From assembly GCA_965203355.1 (NCBI GenBank), contig OZ241889.1:3424001-3488000 (forward strand): DNA of 64,000 nucleotides, written 5' to 3'. The DNA is from Candidatus Latescibacterota bacterium (GTDB taxonomy: Bacteria; Latescibacterota; UBA2968; UBA8231). Numbering within the stretch: position 1 is the stretch's first letter; the number at the start of each line of letters is the position of its first letter. Both the position numbers and the translations under genes were made by a program. Under the pieces are notes generated by a model. It was given only the letters and a program-made list of their open reading frames with translations, made no database searches and was not told the origin of the DNA. Below, piece by piece: positions 18,787-27,254 of the stretch.

Positions 18787-19307
18787 TGAAGTACCTAGCG
18801 TTGTTCTGGGCCTTGGCGTGTGGCGCGAGTGCGGCGTCGGCCGAAGACTTGGCCTATGTCAACGCCGCGCTGCGGGCTTGGTTGCAGGCCATAGAAGCGG
18901 ATGCGCCGTACTTGCTGGTGGATCGGGGTGGGGATGAGTTGCGGCTGATGCACGGGAGGGCGCTCTTGCGGCGCGTACCGCTCGTGGCTGATTCCCTCGG
19001 CGCGCAGCCGTCAGTGCAATCCTCGCTTGTGGCCCGGTTGCGACGCTACCGCCCCAGCAATCCTTGGCAGAGCTTGGTGCCCAGCCCTTTCGATTGGGAG
19101 CAGAACTTGGTTGCCGATGCCGCGGCCACTAGTGCCCTGTATTTTGCGAGCGGTCTGCTGATCTACGCCAGCCCGGCGTGGCATCGCCCCAGTGCTCTAG
19201 ACCTGCAAATTGGCGTTGCTGATTTGCGCGCGTTGTACAATGCCTGCGGCCCGGGCACAACGCTCGTCGTCCTGCCCGCTGACTGGAGAAAGAGGTCGCG
19301 GCCGTGA
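18786..19307 (+). CDS. Secreted hypothetical protein, probable catalytically dead YkuD paralog
   Basis: Signal peptide. Similar to the upstream gene (PYLLVD, ALYF..GLLIYA, DLRALY...GT.LVV) but lacks the His/Cys catalytic residues. Confidence 0.6.
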   Translation: MKYLALFWALACGASAASAEDLAYVNAALRAWLQAIEADAPYLLVDRGGDELRLMHGRALLRRVPLVADSLGAQPSVQSSLVARLRRYRPSNPWQSLVPSPFDWEQNLVADAAATSALYFASGLLIYASPAWHRPSALDLQIGVADLRALYNACGPGTTLVVLPADWRKRSRP

Positions 19308-20590
19308 CCTTGCATTTTGGCACGGCGTCGACCGACATCACGCCGCCGGTCGGCATTGCAATGGGCGGGTACTGGGGGCGGCGGTCCGGGGCCACGCACA
19401 TCCGCGACCGCCTCATGGCCAAGGCCCTCGTCTGCGGCTGTGGCGCAACGCGGGTCGCTCTTGTCGCCGTCGATTTGGTGGGATTGGATGCGAGTGTTGT
19501 GCGGGCCATACGGGAGCGGGTCGCACGCGCCACGGGCATTAAAGGCGCGGCCATCATGGTCTGCGCGTCCCACACCCACTCCGGCCCGCTAACGTTCCCC
19601 TTCCGGGGTATGGGGCGCATGGACAGTCGCTACTTGGAACAGGTTGTGGACGCCGTGGTCGAGGTGGTGGTAGCGGCGGACGCCGACAGCCGGCCGGGCC
19701 GTTTGTACTATGCGCGTCCCAAAGTGCAGATCGGCATCAATCGCCGCGAGCCGCACCCGCAAGGTACGCGGATTGGACAGAATCCCGCGGGTCCGGTCGT
19801 GCCCTACGCACACGTGCTGCGCTTTGTTGCTGCCGATGGCCGCGGGGCTACGCTCTTCCATCACGCCTGTCATCCGGTGGTCTTGGGCCATGACAATCTC
19901 AAGATCAGCGGCGACTTTGCCAGTGCGGCGGTGCGCCACATTGAGGAGCAGACCGGCGACGAGGCTCTCTTTGTCAACGGGGCGTGTGGCGACGTCAATC
20001 CGCGGATCACCAACGGCTCTTTTGCCGATGTCGAGGCGTTGGGGCAGGCGTTGGGACAAGCCGTTTTGGAAGGACGGGCTGCGGCTACCCCCTTGGAAGT
20101 TTCAGGGATACACTGGGCGCACGAGCGGTTGGATTTGCCGCTACAGCCCCCGCTGTCGCGCTGTCGCGCTGAAATCGAGCAACTCAAAGGGCACTTGCGG
20201 GTGCGTTTGGCGCGGGGCGATGAGATGTCCAAGGCGCGGCTCGCATGGGCTATAGCTATGCGCGGATGGGTGCAGGCTGGCGCGGTACGCGCTCGAGTGC
20301 AGCCCTTTGAGATGCAGGCGTTGGCTCTCGGCGAGTTGGTGCTTTTGGGGCTGGAAGGGGAGCTCTTCGCCCGCTATCAGCTCGACTTGGAGGCTGCGCA
20401 TGGACCAGCTGTCTTGTGCGGCTTTGCTAATGGCTGCGTTGGTTACGTGCCCACGGCCGACGAGTACGTGCGCGGCGGTTACGAGATTGACTTGGCCTAC
20501 AAGGTTTATCCGAGCGTGCAGATGATTGCGCCGGCGAGCGAGGCGCTGATACGGCAGCGCGCCGCGGCGTTGATCGCAAAGGTGCGTTAG
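19304..20590 (+). CDS. Neutral/alkaline ceramidase-like hydrolase
   Basis: DITPP.G..MGGY, ASHTHSGP, HACHP, NGACGD and GYVPT..EY..GGYE motifs. Confidence 0.82.
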   Translation: MTLHFGTASTDITPPVGIAMGGYWGRRSGATHIRDRLMAKALVCGCGATRVALVAVDLVGLDASVVRAIRERVARATGIKGAAIMVCASHTHSGPLTFPFRGMGRMDSRYLEQVVDAVVEVVVAADADSRPGRLYYARPKVQIGINRREPHPQGTRIGQNPAGPVVPYAHVLRFVAADGRGATLFHHACHPVVLGHDNLKISGDFASAAVRHIEEQTGDEALFVNGACGDVNPRITNGSFADVEALGQALGQAVLEGRAAATPLEVSGIHWAHERLDLPLQPPLSRCRAEIEQLKGHLRVRLARGDEMSKARLAWAIAMRGWVQAGAVRARVQPFEMQALALGELVLLGLEGELFARYQLDLEAAHGPAVLCGFANGCVGYVPTADEYVRGGYEIDLAYKVYPSVQMIAPASEALIRQRAAALIAKVR

Positions 20591-20754
20591 CTTACGGAGT
20601 CTTTGACAGGGTTATTTTAGGCGGTGGTGTTATCTTGTAAATTGTGAGGTATAACCAAACTAAAGGAGCTATTGCTATGACACTTGAAGATCAATCGGCC
20701 TTCGGTGGTTTGGAATAGCGCGCTTTCACCGCTTCACCGCAACAGGGAGGATGT

Positions 20755-21429
20755 ATGCGCGATCTAGCAGAGCTCTACGATCAAGTTCCGGCGACGCGGT
20801 GTGCGGGTTCGGGCGATTGCTGCTGGCTCACCGACGAGGAGTTCGGCAACTACTACGCCACCATGTTTCCGCTTTACCAGGTCGAATACGTCCACATCGT
20901 CGCCTATGTGGAGCAGCACTTTTCTCCGCCGCGTCGCCAAGAGTTGCTGCGCTTTACCGAGGAGCGGCCCCGCCGCTGTCCCTTTCTCGGCGCGGACCAT
21001 AGCTGTACCATCTATCCGGTGCGCCCGCTGATTTGCCGCACGTATGGGGCGATGAATCCGGTTTCGATTGCCCGCCAAGCCATGGCGCATCAGGACGCTT
21101 TACCGACGGCACAGATCCGAGCCTTTGTGCGGCGCGAAGCCGGCATGGTATGTCCGCGGGTGGCGGTGCTCGAGCCGGAAAAGGTCGCACGGCACGCCCG
21201 CATGCTCATCGAAGGGACGTACGAGCGCGAATTGGCGCGGCTCAGCGGCGAGGTGGCGTTGGCTGGCGCGGCGCGCAAACGGCTCTTCCAACAGCTTACC
21301 AGCCGAAAAGAGTGGCCGCTGCGCTGGTCTTGGGGAGGCTTTAATGCGCTGCGCTTTGCGCCGCTAGCGTGGCTGCGCCAGCATTTTGCCGCGTATTGGA
21401 AAAGGGCCGAGCTTGTCAATGGCAAATGA
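20755..21429 (+). CDS. YkgJ-family cysteine cluster (CxxCxxCC-like) protein
   Basis: CAGSGDCC, CPFL and CTIYPVRPLICRTYG motifs. Confidence 0.8.
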   Translation: MRDLAELYDQVPATRCAGSGDCCWLTDEEFGNYYATMFPLYQVEYVHIVAYVEQHFSPPRRQELLRFTEERPRRCPFLGADHSCTIYPVRPLICRTYGAMNPVSIARQAMAHQDALPTAQIRAFVRREAGMVCPRVAVLEPEKVARHARMLIEGTYERELARLSGEVALAGAARKRLFQQLTSRKEWPLRWSWGGFNALRFAPLAWLRQHFAAYWKRAELVNGK

Positions 21430-21588
21430 CGCGAAGGGAGACGGCACCCATGCAGCTTGGGTTGCCGCGGCCGGCGCGTAGATTGGCCGCAAAACGACCC
21501 GCTGGCGCGAGGAACACGCGAACCCCATGCCGCGCCCGTCTGCCGAGTGGATCGCTGCCGAAGATCACCGCTTGGGCCGGCGTGCGAG

Positions 21589-23046
21589 TTAGCCGCTGAG
21601 TTTTCCCAACAACCCCCAACCGCTGACAGCGGCCGAGGCGATCAGGACCAAGGTCGAGATCACCGCGCCGATGAGCACCGAGGCGTGGGTGCGGTAGGCG
21701 GCGGGCAGTTTGAAGTTGAGATAGATCGCTGCCACCATCATTATGGCAATGGCCAGATTGGCGATGAGGAAACCGGCGATCTGGGTCAGGATGTCGAAGG
21801 GGATGTTGTGCCAGACGATGAGCATGGTGGCGGTGAAGATGTAGAGGCAGATGACGCGCTTGATCGTCTGGTATTCCCAAGTGCGGTCTGGCCAGCGGGC
21901 GGCGAGAAACTCTTGCGCGACGCGGGCGTAGATTTCGGGCAGGGCTTGCAGGGTGCCCCACAGCGCAGCGAGGATACAGACGTAGTAAATCCACACCAAG
22001 CTCGGATGAATTTGCCGCCAGACGTGGGCTTGGTGCGTCAGCAGGTTCCAGCCCTCGAAGCGGGTTTCGAGCGGGAAGAGCACGGCCGCCCCGGAAATCA
22101 TAAAGGCCCCGGTGACGATAAAGAGGACCAGGGCCCCCAGCGCCACGTCCCAACGCAGCGGCGACACGCGCTGCCGCAGGTGGCGAGTTTGCTGGGGATC
22201 GTCGGGTAGGTAGTCGATGCCCTGGCTGCGGGCGGCGCGGTCGCGGATGGCCTCGATATCTTGGTGGCCGGTCAGCCCCCACTTGTGCAGGCCGATCCAG
22301 TTGGCGTAGGCGATGTAGCCGATGACCGAGCCCCCGACGTAGCCAAAGGTGGTGCCCAACGTCAGCAGCGGATGCGCGATCGCGTCCTCGGGTGCCCACG
22401 CTGGAAAGGGCGGTAAGTCGCCAAAGCGGAAGGTCCCCACAAGGGCTGAGATAAAGTCTGGACGCACGATGAGGGTCCCGACGATGGTGCCCGTGACTAG
22501 AATCCCACAGATGATGAGTTGTTGCTTTTCGAGGCGTTCAAAGGACAGGCGGATGCCAAAGAGCAGCGCCAAGGCAACAAAGGCCGAAGTTATGGCGTTT
22601 TCCCAGAAGACTTCTTCCTCGCCAGCGGGCAACATGTCGCGCAGCAAGAAGTGAAAGAGATCGCCGCAGGGTTTGGAGATGGGCACCCAAGCGAGGGGCG
22701 CGCCGATCATCTCAAACAGCAAGATGGTCAACAGCAACCATCCGCGCGGCCCCGGTAGGCGCACGAGGCGGTGGCCGATCAGTTCGCCGCTGACGGCTGT
22801 GTAGCGGCCGATCAGATAGGTGAAGAAGACGCCCTTGACCAAGCAACTGAGCAAGACCATCCACAGCAAGCCATAGCCGGCCCACGCACCGGCCCGCACC
22901 ACGACGATGGTCTCGCCGGCGCCGATAGCGACCGAGGCGACGATGGCGGCCGGGCCAAAAACCGCGAGCATCCCGAAGAGTTTCTTCAGGGACCAAGTTT
23001 GGGCAAAGACGCCTTCGGGCGGTGGGATTTCTATTTTGTCTCCCAT
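21589..23046 (-). CDS. Nramp-like divalent metal/solute transporter
   Basis: GPAAIVASVAIGAGE...GAWAGYGLLW and many TM helices. Start trimmed to MGDKIEIP, which follows AGGAG. Confidence 0.8.
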   Translation of the reverse strand: MGDKIEIPPPEGVFAQTWSLKKLFGMLAVFGPAAIVASVAIGAGETIVVVRAGAWAGYGLLWMVLLSCLVKGVFFTYLIGRYTAVSGELIGHRLVRLPGPRGWLLLTILLFEMIGAPLAWVPISKPCGDLFHFLLRDMLPAGEEEVFWENAITSAFVALALLFGIRLSFERLEKQQLIICGILVTGTIVGTLIVRPDFISALVGTFRFGDLPPFPAWAPEDAIAHPLLTLGTTFGYVGGSVIGYIAYANWIGLHKWGLTGHQDIEAIRDRAARSQGIDYLPDDPQQTRHLRQRVSPLRWDVALGALVLFIVTGAFMISGAAVLFPLETRFEGWNLLTHQAHVWRQIHPSLVWIYYVCILAALWGTLQALPEIYARVAQEFLAARWPDRTWEYQTIKRVICLYIFTATMLIVWHNIPFDILTQIAGFLIANLAIAIMMVAAIYLNFKLPAAYRTHASVLIGAVISTLVLIASAAVSGWGLLGKLSG

Positions 23047-23271
23047 TATTGCTCCTATTGTAATAACATCTGACCGAGGCGCAAACTGCCGAGCCTGCAT
23101 TCCATCCTGTGGTAAGAGAACCCACCGCGTCCGAGGCTGTCTTGTTTTTTGCCTATTAGGCAGTCGGGCGGAGATGATGCGTGGGTTCCCTTGTTTTCAG
23201 ATTGAGCAGCTACCAAAGGCAAGGAACGAACATCAGCCGGGTGAACTGCTTTTTGGATATTTGGCTGAGGA

Positions 23272-24285
23272 TCAAACGCCACCAGCGTTGGTGAGTAAAT
23301 CAATGACAGCCGCGCGCCGATCCTTGTCTTTCACCTTGGAGCGCAACGCCATCGCTAGCGGCGTCTGACCCGCATCGTCTTTGGCGTTGACTGCGGCCCC
23401 ATGGTCGAGCAGCAAGGCGACGATTTGGTCGAATCCCGCTTTGGCGGCGCAGTGCAATGCCGTCTGCCCCTTGTAGTTCCCAACGTTGACGTCGGCTCCA
23501 CGGTCGAGTAGGTCGCGTACGCGCTGGATATTGCCGCCGCGGTCGCCGCGCGATTGGAAGACAAGGGGTGGCCAACCGCCCTCGGCGCGATCCACATCCA
23601 CAGCGACGCCGTGCGCGGTCAGCAATTCGATGATCTCGGCATTGACAATGCCGGAGCGAGGGGCCTCAGCGTGCGTTGGATCGGCCCCGGCGTCGAGCAG
23701 GGCCTTGAGGATGTCGGCGCGATCCCGCCACACGGCAAAGCGGATCAGCCCGCTGCTGTACGGCCGCGGATCAGCCCCTCGCTTCAATAGCATCGCGACG
23801 ATGGCGAGGTGCCCGGCACTGACGGCGTAGTGCAAGACCGTCATGCGGAAACTGGAACCGTGCTGTGCTTTTTCTGCCGTTGCTAGCGCTGGTTCGCGGT
23901 CGAGATAGCCAGCGACTGTATCGTCCTCGCCGAGAAAGGTTGCGGTGTAAATGTCGGTTGTGGCGCCGCGTGTCAGCAGGCGGTCGGCGACCGCGTGATG
24001 GCGCTTGTGGTGCGCGGCGCAGTAGGGAGAGATTTCGACGAGCAGCGGCGTGAAGTGACAGCCACAGGCGTGGATGTCAGCACCGCGATCAAGCAGGTAA
24101 TCGACCATGGCCAGCCGCCCCCGATACGCAGCTTCCCACAACATGGTGCGGCCGTGCGAACCAATGCGGCTGATCCATGCAGGCTCCTGCGCCAACACGG
24201 CTTGGACCGTTTGGCGGTCGCCGCGTCCAGCCGCCGCGACCGCGACCTTGAGAAAATCGCTAACTTTTCCCGCCAGAATCGACAC
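23272..24285 (-). CDS. Ankyrin repeat protein
   Basis: Repeated GxTxLHxAA..G...IV.LLL..GAD motifs. Confidence 0.92.
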   Translation of the reverse strand: MSILAGKVSDFLKVAVAAAGRGDRQTVQAVLAQEPAWISRIGSHGRTMLWEAAYRGRLAMVDYLLDRGADIHACGCHFTPLLVEISPYCAAHHKRHHAVADRLLTRGATTDIYTATFLGEDDTVAGYLDREPALATAEKAQHGSSFRMTVLHYAVSAGHLAIVAMLLKRGADPRPYSSGLIRFAVWRDRADILKALLDAGADPTHAEAPRSGIVNAEIIELLTAHGVAVDVDRAEGGWPPLVFQSRGDRGGNIQRVRDLLDRGADVNVGNYKGQTALHCAAKAGFDQIVALLLDHGAAVNAKDDAGQTPLAMALRSKVKDKDRRAAVIDLLTNAGGV

Positions 24286-24650
24286 TGTTGGTTGACCTTA
24301 TGGACTATAGTAATTCCAAGTCATCTTGCGGCGGACAGGCGCGGATGGTAAAAACCCGGATTCCTGGACTCGTTGAAGCCCTGATTGTTGGTGGCCGGGC
24401 GCATGATAGTTCTCTTGGCGTTGGTTTTATAAAAGCCAAACCTGCCGCACGGCGTGGTGTCGGCAGCCTGTTGAGCCGTATGAAACTAAGCTGGCTCAAC
24501 CCTGTCAAGGATTTATTCGCCGCGACAAGGGTTGAACCATTGGAGCTGTCTAAGTTAAGTTCTCATATGCGAATATAGGTTTAAGTCGCATGGTTCAATG
24601 CTAAAATGGACAATGCGCTATGCGATAAAAATCAAGAGTCTGGAGGAAAA

Positions 24651-25223
24651 ATGGTTCTCAGTGACCGCGTGATTAAGACGCTACTGGCAGAGGGCAAAAT
24701 CGTCGTCGATCCGCTGGGGGAGCGGTGCATTCAGCCCGCTAGCGTTGATGTTCATCTCGACAAACACATTCTCGTGTTCCGCAACTCGCGCCGCCCATTC
24801 ATCGACGTGCGCGAGGACTTGAGCGACCTGACTGAAATGGAGGCGATCGGCGATCAGCCCTTTATGCTGCATCCGGGCGAGTTCGTACTGGGCAGCACCC
24901 TTGAGACGATAGCACTGCCGAATGACTTAGTGGCGCGGCTAGAGGGCAAGAGTTCGCTGGGGCGTATCGGGCTGCTGATTCACTCGACTGCGGGATATGT
25001 GGATCCCGGCTGGCAGGGACATCTGACGCTGGAACTGAGCAATGTGGCGAACCTACCCATCACGCTGTATCAGGGCATGAAGATCGGGCAGCTCTCGTTC
25101 CTACAGCTATCGACGCCAGCCGATAGCCCCTACGGTTCGCCGGGGTTGGGCAGCAAGTACCAGGGACAGACCGCGCCCACGGCCAGCCGCGCCTATCGGG
25201 ATTTTGCGGACGGCAAAGGTTAG
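24651..25223 (+). CDS. dcd: dCTP deaminase
   Basis: [32 protein letters not shown] and SKYQGQ motifs. Confidence 0.96.
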   Translation: MVLSDRVIKTLLAEGKIVVDPLGERCIQPASVDVHLDKHILVFRNSRRPFIDVREDLSDLTEMEAIGDQPFMLHPGEFVLGSTLETIALPNDLVARLEGKSSLGRIGLLIHSTAGYVDPGWQGHLTLELSNVANLPITLYQGMKIGQLSFLQLSTPADSPYGSPGLGSKYQGQTAPTASRAYRDFADGKG

Positions 25224-25384
25224 CAACTCCATCCGCGTCTTTTTGGTCCATGTCCATGGGGCAACTTGGCTCACCCGCCCCTTGCTGTTGGAAGAGATGG
25301 ACCCGATTCGTTGAATTGGATCGCTTGAGATGGATTTACTACGCCCTCTCAGTCGTTGACCAGTCTCGGCTCACGAGCACCTCT

Positions 25385-25624
25385 TCATGGCTTTCTAGCG
25401 GCTCCTCGGTCCGCGTCTTCTACACGGCCTATACGTTCATCACGGGTTGCGTCAAGATCGAACAGCGATGGGATGTCGTCCACGTCAAGATCGAATAGCT
25501 GTAGGATGTCGTCCACGACCGTATTCTCGAGTTCGTCCCCGATCCTTTTGGGCGGGTCTTTATCCAGCGTACGAACCGTATAGCGGTGGCCATCTTTTCC
25601 CGTAACTTGAAAAGCCGTAGTCAT
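25385..25624 (-). CDS. Small hypothetical protein (possibly a gene remnant)
   Basis: 79-aa ORF MTTAFQVTGKDGHRYTVRT... occupying an otherwise empty gap; no family recognised. Confidence 0.4.
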   Translation of the reverse strand: MTTAFQVTGKDGHRYTVRTLDKDPPKRIGDELENTVVDDILQLFDLDVDDIPSLFDLDATRDERIGRVEDADRGAARKP

Positions 25625-25666
25625 TATGCCCACTTCAAATGTCCCTGCATACCAAAAGAAAAAATC

Positions 25667-26092
25667 ATGACCAAAATCCTCTTCCTTTGCACTGGCAACT
25701 CCTGCCGCAGTCAAATGGCCGAAGGCTTTGCCCGCGCCCTAAAATCCAATCGGTTTGAAGCCTACTCAGCCGGAATCGAGACCCACGGCCTCAATCCCAA
25801 CGCCGTCCAAGTGATGGCCGAGGTCGGCATTGATATCTCGGATCAGCAATCGACGCATGTTGACCATCTCAGCCACATCGACTTTGACTGGGTGGTCGCG
25901 GTCTGCGATCACGCGGCCGAACAGTGTCCTGTTTTTCCGGGGTGCGCTCGGATGGTGCATCGGGCTTTTGACGATCCGCCCAAGCTAGCGCGAGATGCGC
26001 GGAGTGCCGAAGAGGCATTGGGGGCGTATCGGCGGGTGCGCGACGAGATTGGTGCTTATATCGAGACCTTGCCCGAGGGTTTGGCGGGTTAA
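25667..26092 (+). CDS. arsC: Arsenate reductase (LMW-PTP fold, thioredoxin type)
   Basis: CTGNSCRSQMAEG, VC...CPVFPG and FDDP motifs. Confidence 0.9.
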   Translation: MTKILFLCTGNSCRSQMAEGFARALKSNRFEAYSAGIETHGLNPNAVQVMAEVGIDISDQQSTHVDHLSHIDFDWVVAVCDHAAEQCPVFPGCARMVHRAFDDPPKLARDARSAEEALGAYRRVRDEIGAYIETLPEGLAG

Positions 26093-26144
26093 ACGCGCTT
26101 GTTCGGCGGTGCTCTTGACCAGCGGCAGTAGCGAGGGCCGGGGA

Positions 26145-26753
26145 TTAAGGCGCGTCGGTGGGAGGTTGTCCAATAGAGACGATGCGGCGGAAGGTGAGGT
26201 TGAGGCGCAGGTCGCACGGGCGTTGGGTCTTGGGAACTTGGTGCTGCCAGTGGGATTGGGTTGGGCCGCGCATGATGAGGAGTGCGCCGTGCCCGAGGGG
26301 GATTTCGACCGGGGGGTGAGCGCGGTGTTTGTGTCGCAGGAGGAAGCGCCGCGTCCCCCCCAAACTCAGCGAGGCGATCGTCGGGTTGGCTCCCAACTCT
26401 GGCTCGTCGTCGCTGTGCCAGCCCATGCTGTCGCGACCGTCGCGGTACTGGTTGAGCAGGACGCTGTTGAAGGGCGAATCAGCGGCGGCTTCGATCCGCG
26501 TCTTGAGGTCTAGCAGCGGCGCAGTCCACGGGCATGGTTCCAGCGCCAGCCCCGAATAGGCGTAGTGGGCTGCTGGGGAGCCGTGCCAGGCTGAAAGACG
26601 CGGCGCGGGATGCTTGCGGCCAAAGATGACGACGTGGTGCTGTTGCCACTCAATGCCGTCCAATAGTTGTCGCGTGAATTGGTCGGCCTCGGCCGAGGGC
26701 AAAAAGTTGGGGGCGTAGCGCAGGTCGCCATCCGGGAGGGGAATGGCCCTCAT
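26145..26753 (-). CDS. AlkB-family 2OG-Fe(II) dioxygenase (ALKBH2/3-like DNA repair)
   Basis: FNSVLLNQYRDGRDSMGWHSDDE, WQHQVPK and RLNLTFR motifs. Confidence 0.93.
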   Translation of the reverse strand: MRAIPLPDGDLRYAPNFLPSAEADQFTRQLLDGIEWQQHHVVIFGRKHPAPRLSAWHGSPAAHYAYSGLALEPCPWTAPLLDLKTRIEAAADSPFNSVLLNQYRDGRDSMGWHSDDEPELGANPTIASLSLGGTRRFLLRHKHRAHPPVEIPLGHGALLIMRGPTQSHWQHQVPKTQRPCDLRLNLTFRRIVSIGQPPTDAP

Positions 26754-26769
26754 TTCACTGTGTAGCCGA

Positions 26770-26904
26770 GGTCGTCCGGTGGGCTGTTTAGTTCTTGACA
26801 TTGGCAATAGAAATGGGACCCGGCAGCGGTGGGGACGGCGGGTCGTCCGGTGGGCTGTTTAGTTCCTGACATTGACAATAGAAATCGACATTAACAATAG
26901 AAAT
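26770..26904. repeat. 45-bp direct repeat (period 71) plus a third partial unit at the downstream edge of cassette B
   Basis: GGTCGTCCGGTGGGCTGTTTAGTTCYTGACATTGRCAATAGAAAT at 26770 and 26841; partial GACATTAACAATAGAAAT at 26887. 26797-26834 matches 3541-3578. Confidence 0.85.
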
Positions 26905-27045
26905 GAGACCCCAGAACATCAGGGTCCGATTTCCGTAACTCGCGGTGTCGTGTGTGCTACTTGAGCAGCAGCATCTTCTGGATGTCGACAAACGCTTCAC
27001 CTGCCTGCAAGCGGTCCGTAGGTTGTCGATCGGACGTTCATAAAG

Positions 27046-27083
27046 AAAATGGGACCTCAAACCGAAAATTGAGGTCCCATTTT
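27046..27083 (-). terminator. Terminator hairpin within the tail array
   Basis: Perfect 15-bp stem AAAATGGGACCTCAA/TTGAGGTCCCATTTT, with a compensatory change relative to the 3755 hairpin. Confidence 0.75.
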
Positions 27084-27191
27084 CGTAACTTGCGGTGTCG
27101 CGTGTGCTACTTGAGCAGCATCTTCTGGACGGCGAGGCAATCGCCGCCCGCCTGCAAGCGGGCCGTAGCCTGTCGATCTGACGTTCATAAG

Positions 27192-27224
27192 AAAATGGGA
27201 CCCCAGAAAACTGAGGTCCCATTT
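27192..27224 (-). terminator. Intrinsic terminator of surface protein B
   Basis: AAATGGGACCCCAG-AAAA-CTGAGGTCCCATTT. The single mismatch becomes a U-G pair in the minus-strand RNA. Confidence 0.78.
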
Positions 27225-27254
27225 CCGTAACTCGCCAACATCGTGTCGCGTGTG

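Noticed and set aside
23050-23270. Possible metal-sensing riboswitch upstream of the Nramp-like gene
   Set aside because: No yybP-ykoY, M-box or NiCo consensus could be recognised by eye; an Rfam scan would be needed.
26788-27230. ORFs of 144 aa (-) and 92 aa (+) across the tail array
   Set aside because: They are read-throughs of repeated tail and terminator sequence with no coding signature.
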